Assembly (NCBI GenBank): GCA_963803975.1
Contig: CAWDOY010000003.1
Coordinates: forward strand, 1 to 64,000
Length of the DNA: 64,000 nucleotides
Direction of reading: 5' to 3'
Source: an uncultured delta proteobacterium
GTDB taxonomy: Bacteria; Desulfobacterota; WTBG01; CAIYCZ01
The notes under the pieces are model-generated. The model worked only from the letters and a program-made list of their open reading frames with translations. It was not told the origin of the DNA and ran no database searches. Shown here in pieces: positions 52,895-62,412 of the stretch. A program made the translations under genes and the position numbers. Within the stretch, counting starts at the first letter, position 1, and each line of letters starts with the position of its first letter.

Positions 52895-54157
52895 TTAATG
52901 TCCTAATCTGATTAAATAATCGGTACTGAAATTATCCTTCGGTATTTCTTCACCTATAAACTGAGGATAACCTATTGCAGGAGTAGCATGGACTCTCTGG
53001 ACATCTACGGTATTAGAACTGAATACCGTAGTCACCATACCACCCTTGGAATTAACAGGAGCTGCAGTAAATTCAGTGGTTTTCCACAGCCGTCCCTGCT
53101 GGTCATATTGATCTTCATAAGGCATGCGCCACGTCTCAGGGTCGATCCAGCAGATTCTCTTGCTGTAAATATAATCGGTATCCTTGCTGATAAATTCGAC
53201 CACATAACAATTTATTCTCTCCCGTTGCGTACCGCTATGGTCGATGTTGCCTTTGGTCGGCGGAAGCGGTTTATCTGAATGCCTTCCCATAAGCACTTCC
53301 TGGGTCTTTAAGAGCCGGTATTTGTTCCTTCGGATGTGTCCATCCCATCCCCAGGTATCATCCCAGGTATTGTCTCCGCCGCCAACCGAATCGCCCCGCT
53401 GCGCGGTTGACATGCGCCGCACCCTCCTCATGGCCGGAACAAATGCCCAGGAATCATCTTCCTTGGTGGCATCCTTATAGCGAATACTGAGATTGCGGAT
53501 TCCACGCATATCTTGTGGTTCAATAAAGCAATAGATCAACCCTCTCCGGTATCCCTTGTTATTGTCCGGGAATTCCGGAATTGGCGGCACATCAGTCCTG
53601 CCGCTGAAATACATGCGCCATATTTTTACCCTTCCCAAAAATCGTTCGTTTTTCCGTTTGCCATCAATGAGCCACGCCCGGTTAGTTATTAATTCAGTAT
53701 CCCCGTGGGTGATGGCATCAAAATTCCAGGCGATTTCAGCACCTGTTTTGGGTTCAGGAAATGGTATGCCATTGACCCAGTTATGCAGTACTTCGTCATT
53801 ATCGACTGATGCTTTACCCGCTGCATCATTGGTAGCCTTTATTAATCCATCGGTTGGCTTGATATACTGATAGGGAATGATTGTGAACGAAACAGTTCCC
53901 CATTTTTCAGGATGCTTTATCCGGTCATAATAGGTTTCAGGCAGAAAGTCCTTAACGCCATCTACATTTGATGCATCAACGGTTTTCCCAGCCCACTGCT
54001 TTTCCCAGGCTCTCACCTCTTCAAGCTTCTGCCCCTCATAACTGGAATTGGGCCATTTCAATTCGGCACTCTGCACACCGGTCAGCATAAGAAATAATGT
54101 GCATGAAAACATGGTGGTAATTCCCATAACCCATTTTGATTTCATTCTTGCTTTCAT
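52895..54157 (-). CDS. DUF1329 family periplasmic (LolA-like) protein
   Basis: Signal peptide, GIPFPEPKTGAEIAWN, WAFVPAMRRVRR, YSKRICWIDPET, YDQQGRLWK. Confidence 0.85.
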   Translation of the reverse strand: MKARMKSKWVMGITTMFSCTLFLMLTGVQSAELKWPNSSYEGQKLEEVRAWEKQWAGKTVDASNVDGVKDFLPETYYDRIKHPEKWGTVSFTIIPYQYIKPTDGLIKATNDAAGKASVDNDEVLHNWVNGIPFPEPKTGAEIAWNFDAITHGDTELITNRAWLIDGKRKNERFLGRVKIWRMYFSGRTDVPPIPEFPDNNKGYRRGLIYCFIEPQDMRGIRNLSIRYKDATKEDDSWAFVPAMRRVRRMSTAQRGDSVGGGDNTWDDTWGWDGHIRRNKYRLLKTQEVLMGRHSDKPLPPTKGNIDHSGTQRERINCYVVEFISKDTDYIYSKRICWIDPETWRMPYEDQYDQQGRLWKTTEFTAAPVNSKGGMVTTVFSSNTVDVQRVHATPAIGYPQFIGEEIPKDNFSTDYLIRLGH

Positions 54158-54181
54158 ATTCTCCCTCCTTTAAGTCCTCAT

Positions 54182-55623
54182 TTAAAACTCGTAGCGTATC
54201 TTAAAAGTAACTTCATCATTGTTTCTAAAAATACCCATACCTTCAGTTTTGTTATGTCCCCAATATACTCCGCCCCCCAGAATGAATCTCAAGTGACTTC
54301 CGATTTTATATTTAACAGAAGGCAGAAAGAATCCCCAGCCGGTTGTTGAATAGGCAACTAACATTGATGGAACAATGGAATCATTGCGAAAACCGGTCTC
54401 AAGAATTAATGTAAAGGCGGTAAAAGTGGTATCATTTGCACCCATATCCGCCGGTCTGACCCACCCGGGCGGGGGGTGCATAATATATCTCTGGAACATC
54501 TGCATGCTGATGAAGACGCTGCGGTAGTTATTCCATTCTGAGAGGTAGGGCACCATGGTGGGTCGGTCAAAGCCGATCATATAGGAAAACACATCTGATG
54601 ACCTGATTCCAAACGGGGGTGCTCCCGTTAGAGTGGTGTTAAACTTCTGTCCCATATTCAATCCCCACTCTCCGCGCAGCACCGCCTTGCTCCATTCATT
54701 ATAGCCGGTTACTGTTCCTCCCAGTACATTATAGCGCCTGTATTTAAATAATTTCTCTCCCCCAAATAAAACTCCTTTGATAAGCTTGTTCGCATTATCA
54801 GTAAAAATGGGATCATCGCTTCGTGTATAAAAATCATGAAGATTGATATCCCATCCTTTGATTTTTGCACTGATACGGAACCCTATCTCACCATTATTAA
54901 TGTCATTGTCCGGCCTTGATTGCTTGAAATTGAGCCAGAACTGCCGGGTAATAGCGGGGACTCCCCAGTTCATTCCGTTAGCTGCCAGTTGGGTAGGTTC
55001 AAAATCATAAGGTATATAGACCGTCTCAAAAGAGATATCCCCAGGAAGCTCAGTTTTATACCATGCTCTCATCATCCAGACGGGGATGACCAGGTCCTCC
55101 CAGGCTTCGAATGTCCAGTGCCATGACTGGTCCAGCGGGTTGATGATATCTGCAATGCGAAAGCCATCAGCCTCCCCCCAGGTAGCAACCTGTTTGCCAA
55201 TGCGAATCTGGAACGGTCCACTGGCAATATCTGTATAAATTTCCCTGAGCCGATTGTTGCCATTTTCATGTCTTAATCGGCTATGATCGCTTCTATTTGA
55301 AGCTCTGCTGTAATCCTGGTCAATGTCAAAAGCACTCTCATAGAAATCACGCAGGGTACCATAAAAGCTGACATTGTAATTAGGACACTCGATGAGTTTA
55401 TAACCCATTTCAAGATAAAAGGTATTCCGGCTATTGGAAAAATAGCCGCGATCCTCCTGCTTGGACTTCTGGGGACGCCAGGCGGTAAAATTTTCAAAGT
55501 ATCCTGATATGTCAAGCTTGCCGTCCAGATATTCCTTGGCATATCGCATCAGGCCCAGCTAACGAGAACAGCTGCAATCAGGACAGGAAAGAACAATGTA
55601 AATTGTTTGACTATTGTTTTCAT
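54182..55623 (-). CDS. DUF1302 family outer-membrane beta-barrel protein (frameshift just after the signal peptide)
   Basis: LREIYTD, RIGKQVATWGEADG..DIINPLD, C-terminal YEF. Signal peptide MKTIVKQFTLFFPVLIAAVLVSWA starts at 55623 in another frame. Confidence 0.8.
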
Positions 55624-55648
55624 AACCCCTCCATTGCTAAAAAGTTTT

Positions 55649-56098
55649 TTACCTGACAATGATCTTACCTTTGAACTCTTCTGTGCGAGAATAGGGGGTT
55701 GGTGATGGCCTCCTCACCGTATAATCGAATGTCCCCTTCTCGATAAAACAGAGGCTTGCCACCGCTCCCAAAGGAATTTTGTCAGAGATAAAGGAGCCCT
55801 GTGCATCCACCACGAAATGAACCGGCTTGTCGCAGGCAATGGTAACTTCCTTACCCGTAAACTGTATTTCCGCCATCTCCCGGGAGTAGTTCAGCCAGAT
55901 AACAGTGGTGCCGGAGTCAACGGTGACTGTCGGCGGGTTTATACCGGATATTGCTTGAAGAGAAATGACCTGATGGCCCTGAAGCTTTTTTTCAGGTATG
56001 ATCTTCCCCTCCTGGCTCCATGCAGTCGTCACCGTAACCAGGAAACTGCAAAAAATTCCTGTAACAAGTATGATCCTTAGATATGCTCGTTTTTTCAT
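55649..56098 (-). CDS. Secreted cupredoxin-like fold protein
   Basis: Signal peptide, NPPTVTVDSGTTVIWLN, F.EKGTFDY, FKGKIIV; no C-x-x-H-x-M copper loop. Confidence 0.55.
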   Translation of the reverse strand: MKKRAYLRIILVTGIFCSFLVTVTTAWSQEGKIIPEKKLQGHQVISLQAISGINPPTVTVDSGTTVIWLNYSREMAEIQFTGKEVTIACDKPVHFVVDAQGSFISDKIPLGAVASLCFIEKGTFDYTVRRPSPTPYSRTEEFKGKIIVR

Positions 56099-56141
56099 AA
56101 GCTACCCTCCTTCTTTTGTTATCTAGGTGCTTCTCAAAGGC

Positions 56142-58514
56142 TTACTTTGGCTCTCTGAGAAACTTTGGCTTAAATATCGCTATGAAACTGGGAACAAGAA
56201 GCAGAGCCCCGAGCGCATTAAAGAACAAAAGAATTGCGAGCAGGATTCCCATCTCTGCCTGGAACCGTAATGAAGAAAAGTACCATGAAATAAGCCCAAG
56301 CAGCAGCGTAGAGGCAATAATCAAGACCGCCTTTCCGTTGCTTTTCAAAGCTTCAGCGACCGCTGCATTCAGGTCATCAGTTTTTTCTCGTTCTTCCAGT
56401 ATCCGGCTCAACAGGTACAGCCCGTAATCAATTCCCAACCCGATTCCAACCGATGAAACCGGGTACGTGCCCACCGTAAGCCCGATCTGAAAAATCCCCA
56501 TATAGGCAAAGGCAAACAGGTTGGATATGGCCAGAGGCACCACCAGGATGATCCCCGCTACTATTGAGCGGTACGTGAGGGCACAGAATACAAACACACC
56601 AAACAGGGCAAGCGTGAGGTTCCATATCTCTGACCTCTCAATGACCTCGTTCGTGGCTGCTTCGACACCTACCACACCACCACCTAATTTATAGCGACCT
56701 TCCTTTAACTGAGAATGTTTTTCTATAAAGGTCTTTGCCTCCTGTATGACGTGCCTGACGGTATCGCCTTTCCGGTCTTTGGCATAACAGATCAGATTTC
56801 CTTCCTGATTATTGTGGGTAATGTATTTATCAAAGTCGCCGGCATCTGAACTGGTAAGAAGTTGATAAAAGAAGTTACCTATGTCACTTGCCGTGTCAGG
56901 GATGATTTCCCATTTGGGATAGTATTCACGTAATTGCATATTAATCTTTTTAATCAAATCAACCATGGAAAGGGTGCTGATCACCAGGGGAGATTTTGCC
57001 ATGTAGCGCTGAAATGCCTCTATATCCCGGTGTACGCCTGGTTGTTTCATTGCTTCCGGTTCATTTCCCTCCATGACAATATACAGCGGTGTCTGCAGCC
57101 CGGGAAATTTATTATCAATTCGTTGCACATCGAGATTGTATCGTGAGTCCGGCCACAGCAGGGATGATCCCGGGTAAACATCTCCGGTCGTCATCTTGTT
57201 TGCATAACCGAAGCTTATGACAACTAATACGATGGTACCGGCAAGGATAACCCAGCAGCCCTTGCCCATAATCCAATAGCCCATCCTGGGCATCAATCTA
57301 TCAATGATATCCTGTTTCAGCGTTCCGTCCTGCAATTCCTGTGCTTTCTTTTTCATGCCCCTGGCTTCCGGCATGTAGGAAAGCACGACCGGTGTAAAGA
57401 CAAGAGCAAAGATAATGGTGGCAATAGACCAGAAAGCACAGGTAATAGAGATTTTCTGCAAAATGGGAATAGGCGCCAATGCCACTAACCCGATGCCGAA
57501 AGCATCCGTGACGATTCCTGTCACACCGGCCATAAACATTGCCTCAACCACGTTGCCGGCGGCAGTGCGTGAATTCCCAACCAGTACATATTCCTCCATG
57601 TAGCGATTCACCTTCTGCATGGCATGACGAGCAGTCATGAGAGCTATAAGAAAGGGAAGTACCAGCACCAGAGGATCCAGGTTGAAACCCATTAACGCCA
57701 TGAACCCTAATCCCCAGATCCCGCTTAACACTGCTGCAAGGATTGGGACAAACATCGCCCTTTTGGATTGATAGGTAAAATACATGTAAATTAGTACCAC
57801 CACGGTAGAGAGTACCAGAATGAGCACAACTTCGCCCACCAGATCGCGCACGATACCCAGGAGCACAGGGTTACCAACAATAGAAACAGTGGTATTCTTA
57901 TCCTCGTACTTGTTTCTAATCTCATGTAACGTATTAAACAGGTATTGATAGTCAACATCTTCTTCAAAAAAATCGGATAGGATAAGGGCTGCCTTGCTAT
58001 CCATGGAAACAAGGCTGCCATAAATGAGATCATTTGAATAAATTGCCCGTTTCAGTTTTTTCATCTCATCGTCATTTTGAGGCACATAGGGAAACATGAT
58101 CGAGGTTGTTTCAATGCCCCAGTCAGTCACTTTCAGATCCTTTACTTTTCTCTGGGCAATAGAGAGAATCTTGTAGCGGTCAACGCCGGGAATCTTTACC
58201 AATTCCTCTGAGATATTTTTAATTGTACTCAGCGTTTTTTTATTGAAGATGGTCCCCTCTTTTACTTCTACAGAAATCAACAGCAGGTTGGCACCGCCAA
58301 ATATCTCGCGGAATTTATTATGTATCTTTACATAGGGATGGCTCTGCGGCAGCAGGTCGCCAAAATCAGTAAACACGCGCAGTTTGGTTATCTGGTAGGC
58401 AAAAAACAGGGTAATTGCAATAACTGCCATAAGGATCGAAAATCGCCAGCCGATAACAAAATTTGCTATGCGCTGCCCGCCGGTTTTTTTCTGTTGTTCC
58501 ATGTTCTCCATCAA
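56142..58514 (-). CDS. MMPL/RND family transporter
   Basis: Two repeats of TM, large periplasmic loop and 5 TM; FGGAN, TDAFG, GIGLGIDYGLY. Confidence 0.88.
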   Translation of the reverse strand: MMENMEQQKKTGGQRIANFVIGWRFSILMAVIAITLFFAYQITKLRVFTDFGDLLPQSHPYVKIHNKFREIFGGANLLLISVEVKEGTIFNKKTLSTIKNISEELVKIPGVDRYKILSIAQRKVKDLKVTDWGIETTSIMFPYVPQNDDEMKKLKRAIYSNDLIYGSLVSMDSKAALILSDFFEEDVDYQYLFNTLHEIRNKYEDKNTTVSIVGNPVLLGIVRDLVGEVVLILVLSTVVVLIYMYFTYQSKRAMFVPILAAVLSGIWGLGFMALMGFNLDPLVLVLPFLIALMTARHAMQKVNRYMEEYVLVGNSRTAAGNVVEAMFMAGVTGIVTDAFGIGLVALAPIPILQKISITCAFWSIATIIFALVFTPVVLSYMPEARGMKKKAQELQDGTLKQDIIDRLMPRMGYWIMGKGCWVILAGTIVLVVISFGYANKMTTGDVYPGSSLLWPDSRYNLDVQRIDNKFPGLQTPLYIVMEGNEPEAMKQPGVHRDIEAFQRYMAKSPLVISTLSMVDLIKKINMQLREYYPKWEIIPDTASDIGNFFYQLLTSSDAGDFDKYITHNNQEGNLICYAKDRKGDTVRHVIQEAKTFIEKHSQLKEGRYKLGGGVVGVEAATNEVIERSEIWNLTLALFGVFVFCALTYRSIVAGIILVVPLAISNLFAFAYMGIFQIGLTVGTYPVSSVGIGLGIDYGLYLLSRILEEREKTDDLNAAVAEALKSNGKAVLIIASTLLLGLISWYFSSLRFQAEMGILLAILLFFNALGALLLVPSFIAIFKPKFLREPK

Positions 58515-58559
58515 CGCCCTAACCCCTCTGATATGTCCTCTAAGAAGTCTCTGAAACTG

Positions 58560-59600
58560 CTACTCTTCTGTTATGGATGTCCCGGAGATGATCTCCCAGG
58601 AACTCCCCTGATTTGATGTGCGGACAACAGTTCCATGAGCTCCTACTATCCAGCCCTCCTGTGAGTCATCTGCAAAAGCAATGTCCATAAGCCAGGATTT
58701 CGAATTAATGGCTTTTTCCATCTCTTTCCAGGTAGCACCACTGTCGTTTGAAACAATAAATGCACCCCGAGTGCCGACTGCAAACCCCTTGTCCCCGATA
58801 AACTTCATGCTGTAGAGATGTTTACTGGTGCCGCTGTCTTTTTTCTTCCAGTTCCGGCCCCCATCTTCAGTGGCTATCATAATCCCGTCCATCCCGATAG
58901 CCCATCCCCGTTGCTGATCCTTAAAAAATACTCCATACAGCGAGACAGTGCCAACCCCGCTCTCCTGTTTTACCCAGGTTTTGCCCCCATCTGCCGTATG
59001 ATAGATGGTCCCGTATTCCCCGACAACCCAGCCGTTAAGATTATCTGCAAAATAAAGGCTGTTATATAACCGGTCTTCATCCTCTTTTTGAATGCTCCAT
59101 GATGCACCGCCGTCAGCGGTGTGAATAATTATTCCATTCATGCCATAGCCCGTCGCCCAGCCATTCTTTTCATCAACAAACATTACTTCATAGAGAGTGG
59201 CCTTGGTGGGGCTGGTTTGGGCGACCCACGTTGCACCGCCATCAGCCGTGTGGAGGATCGTGCCGTGCCTGCCGACTACCCACCCTTTTTTCTGATTCAC
59301 GAACGCAACGCCGTACAACTCATCAATGGTGTTGCTTTTCTGCTGAATCCAGTCTTTGCCACCGTTGCTGCTGTGGTAGATCTTTCCATAATAGCCTGCA
59401 CACCACACTGATGAGCCGCCCTTGGAATCTATGCTGTAGAGGTTATCGATATAGGTAATAGGGGAGGGTGTGAGGGACCTGTTTTGCGCAGAGGAATTTG
59501 CAGTATCTTGCTCTGCACAGCCGCTCAGGGCAGATGTGACAAGAAGGCAAGTAATGGTTAAAACAAACGCTGAGCCCGATATTTTTTTTGCGAAAGACAT
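58560..59600 (-). CDS. Ycf48/BNR-repeat beta-propeller lipoprotein
   Basis: Lipobox LSGC; repeated GW.VG..GTI.HT.DGG.TW motifs. Confidence 0.88.
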   Translation of the reverse strand: MSFAKKISGSAFVLTITCLLVTSALSGCAEQDTANSSAQNRSLTPSPITYIDNLYSIDSKGGSSVWCAGYYGKIYHSSNGGKDWIQQKSNTIDELYGVAFVNQKKGWVVGRHGTILHTADGGATWVAQTSPTKATLYEVMFVDEKNGWATGYGMNGIIIHTADGGASWSIQKEDEDRLYNSLYFADNLNGWVVGEYGTIYHTADGGKTWVKQESGVGTVSLYGVFFKDQQRGWAIGMDGIMIATEDGGRNWKKKDSGTSKHLYSMKFIGDKGFAVGTRGAFIVSNDSGATWKEMEKAINSKSWLMDIAFADDSQEGWIVGAHGTVVRTSNQGSSWEIISGTSITEE

Positions 59601-59827
59601 GTCTTTTAGCCCCTCTTCTATCCATGAGGATAGAATACTGTGTACGGACAAAAAAACTCTTTCCCCTTATTCAGTATGCGTATCGCGGCTTAACTATATA
59701 TGCTGCTCTGATGATAGACTTCATCAAACAGGTAGCGTTAGTGTCAAAATAGCTCCGGTATATTTTAGGTTTAAAGAGTTTCAATGGTATAATTTCCAGA
59801 CTGCCGAAATCTGTAAGTGCGCTGCAT

Positions 59828-60442
59828 TTAGCCTGAAGATTTCTCGTCCCTGGTCAGTCCGTCTGCAATCAGATTAATGAGAATATTTTTAAACTCATCA
59901 AAATTGTCAACTCCCAGATTCTGCTTATGATAACACACAAAACAAAACGCACGGATAATCCCGACAAGAATTTCGATTTTCTGTTTTTTAATTTGTTTTT
60001 TTTCCAGCAGCTTTTTAAAAAATAAATGCAATATTCTGACGTCATCATTTACTAATTCCTCATATTTGCCCCGGGGCAATTTTATTTTCAGTATATCCTT
60101 GGCATCGTAGATATAAAATTCAATTATATGTCTTTTAGTTTCTATATAATCAGCAGCGAATGTCATAAGAGCTTTAAAATATTCTTGTGCTGATAAATCT
60201 GATTCGAGCAGGTCATCCATGAATTTCCTGCGTATATTCACCTCATGCTTTAATACCTCTACAAAAAGATCCTCCTTGGAATTAAAGAAGTTATAAAAGG
60301 TGCCCTTTCCTATGCCGACTAATTTTGTTATGTCTTCGATACCCGTTTTTCTAAGCCCGTAGCGGGAGAAACAGTGACTCCCCTTTTCTAAAAGCTGTTT
60401 TCGAATGACTTCCTTTTCAGTTTCGGTAAATGTTCGCGGCAT
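59828..60442 (-). CDS. TetR/AcrR family regulator
   Basis: FSRYGLRKTGIEDITKLVGIGKGTFYNFFNSKEDLF helix-turn-helix. Confidence 0.92.
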   Translation of the reverse strand: MPRTFTETEKEVIRKQLLEKGSHCFSRYGLRKTGIEDITKLVGIGKGTFYNFFNSKEDLFVEVLKHEVNIRRKFMDDLLESDLSAQEYFKALMTFAADYIETKRHIIEFYIYDAKDILKIKLPRGKYEELVNDDVRILHLFFKKLLEKKQIKKQKIEILVGIIRAFCFVCYHKQNLGVDNFDEFKNILINLIADGLTRDEKSSG

Positions 60443-60462
60443 ACAAGGCTTTCATTGAATAT

Positions 60463-60487
60463 ATGACTTATGTTGTCATTATAGTCA
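60463..60487. promoter_or_regulatory. Candidate TetR operator ATGAC-N7-GTCAT
   Basis: Inverted repeat 20 nt upstream of tetR, with a further GTCA half-site at 60484. Confidence 0.45.
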
Positions 60488-60591
60488 CTGCTACCGTACT
60501 GTAAATAGCATGTCAAGAGTTTTTATGTAAAATGTTAAAAAAAAGAGAACGGTAAAAATAGTCACAAAATAATAAAATATTATCTCGGGCG

Positions 60592-62316
60592 CTACTTCAT
60601 ACCGAATTTTATCGGCTCCATGCCGTTCATCTGCCGCAGTCCGTTAATAGCATCTGCCAACGGCTGGGGAACGTTTGCCAGCTCTTCTTCAGTGAACACA
60701 TAGCGGCCGGGAGCGCAGACATTATTCGGGTCCAGCACCTTCCTGAACTTTCTCAGAAGAAGATGCACATTGGGCCCCATCTCCGGGAAAAACGAGGTGA
60801 GCGGTTCAAGACTTGCTCCAAAACCGGTTACCCCTGGGCCGATCTTATCAGCCATTGACTTTCCGATGCCGAACATCATAAGCTGCTGGGCCTTCATCAG
60901 TGCCTGGGGATCCATGCCGTTGGGATAGACATCAGCTTCGGTCAAAAAACTCCTTCCGCACGGGTCGGCGGCATACATGAACGGGGTGTTATCTACTCCG
61001 CCGCGGTCAGTAATATACGTCTCGCCAATGGTATTAATTGCTTTTGTCCATAAATCCTGCGCTTCCCTGCCGATGTCAGGGTCACCGCAGCAGAACCAGG
61101 TGTCCAGATAATAAAACCGCGACATGCGGTAGCCGCACACGTGCCTGATGCAATCAAGGTTCCAGGGACTCAGGGCGGCAAGAACCTCAGGCTTGTATTC
61201 TGCCGATAGAAACGTACCTCCCAGTCGCTCTATGATTTTTCTCAGGACCTTTTCCTCGTAGTCAAGCTGCTTGTCCGCTACGTATGCGCCGCTGATGACA
61301 TAAATATTATAGGGAGGGAAAAAGTTTTCCTGTACCCGTTTAAGCGTCAGCTCCTGGGTCGCAGAACAGTAATATGCGTTATAAATGCCCGTGGCATTCA
61401 ATCCGATGCCGATTCCTGCGTGCGCCACATCCCGCAGCGCCTGTATCTCCGTTTCCATGTCGGGAAGCTCGATCCAGTGCAGGCGATAGTTCTGCGGCGG
61501 GTTGACCGTATCGTGCCGGTCGTCATAATAGGTTCTGATGCAGGGTCTTCCTGCTGCCGGCTCCGGCAGGATTTCTCCACCCGGCCATGGGTGCAGTTTT
61601 ACGGTTACCTCGGCTACAATTCCCGATGCCCCCGAACTCCCTCTGAACATGCTGTAGAGATCAGGGCCCGGAGCGTATTCATAAAAGTCGTCCACTCCTT
61701 CCACCGCCTGCGAGCCGGTTTTAAGAAGCTCACCATCGGGCAGCACCAGGGTAAACCCGACGATATTTTTACAGATGGTGCCGTACTTTTTGCTTGTTTG
61801 CCAGAGTCCGGCCAGAACCGCCTGTGATGATATCTTGCACAGAGATGTCGCCAGGGGCGTGCCGCCGTTCCAGAGCCCGCGCTTCATGGCCTCTGCCTGC
61901 ACCTGTCCGTAATCCACATAGGGCTGGACGCGCATGGTCATTGCGTCTTCATCTATTTCGATAATCTGATTCATTCTGCTGTAGTGGATACAAACAGTCG
62001 GGGCAGGCGTTGTGGGCATACAGGCAATGCCGAGCTGGCCGTTGGTCATTGAGATAAAAGGAACTTTATATTTGTTGGCAATCCGGACAACAGCCTGTAT
62101 CTCTTCTGTCGTTCCGGGCAAAATAATACAGGCAGGGATGTTGGAAGGATCTTTTGCGTGTTTTTTCAGGTATCCAATTATATCGATCCCGAACCTGCTG
62201 TAGGTTTCTATAACCGCACGGTCCTGGCTGATATAGTCTTTCCCTACAACAGCTTCAAGTTCTGCGTAGATTGCCGGAGGCAGACGGTTTGCCCTGACTG
62301 CTTTCTTTTCTTCCAT
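60592..62316 (-). CDS. VAO/PCMH-type FAD-binding oxidoreductase 1
   Basis: PACIILPGTTEEIQAVVRIAN, RMNQIIEIDED, VLPDGELLKTGS, DPNNV..PG. Confidence 0.8.
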   Translation of the reverse strand: MEEKKAVRANRLPPAIYAELEAVVGKDYISQDRAVIETYSRFGIDIIGYLKKHAKDPSNIPACIILPGTTEEIQAVVRIANKYKVPFISMTNGQLGIACMPTTPAPTVCIHYSRMNQIIEIDEDAMTMRVQPYVDYGQVQAEAMKRGLWNGGTPLATSLCKISSQAVLAGLWQTSKKYGTICKNIVGFTLVLPDGELLKTGSQAVEGVDDFYEYAPGPDLYSMFRGSSGASGIVAEVTVKLHPWPGGEILPEPAAGRPCIRTYYDDRHDTVNPPQNYRLHWIELPDMETEIQALRDVAHAGIGIGLNATGIYNAYYCSATQELTLKRVQENFFPPYNIYVISGAYVADKQLDYEEKVLRKIIERLGGTFLSAEYKPEVLAALSPWNLDCIRHVCGYRMSRFYYLDTWFCCGDPDIGREAQDLWTKAINTIGETYITDRGGVDNTPFMYAADPCGRSFLTEADVYPNGMDPQALMKAQQLMMFGIGKSMADKIGPGVTGFGASLEPLTSFFPEMGPNVHLLLRKFRKVLDPNNVCAPGRYVFTEEELANVPQPLADAINGLRQMNGMEPIKFGMK

Positions 62317-62340
62317 AGTGCAACACCTTTGTCTTAAAAT

Positions 62341-62410
62341 CCAGTTGTCAGCCGTCAGGAGTCAGAATCATTTCATTCTGATTTTCGGATTCTGTCTTCT
62401 GAATTCTGTA
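62341..62410. repeat. Degenerate inverted heptamer repeats (TCAG arm / TTCTG arm)
   Basis: gtcagcc-gtcagga-gtcagaa followed by ttctgat-tttcgga-ttctgtc-ttctgaa-ttctgta. Confidence 0.6.
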
Positions 62411-62412
62411 GT

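Noticed and set aside
58560..59600. Photosystem II assembly factor Ycf48
   Set aside because: Only the BNR propeller fold is shared; the context is an MMPL/DUF1302 module.
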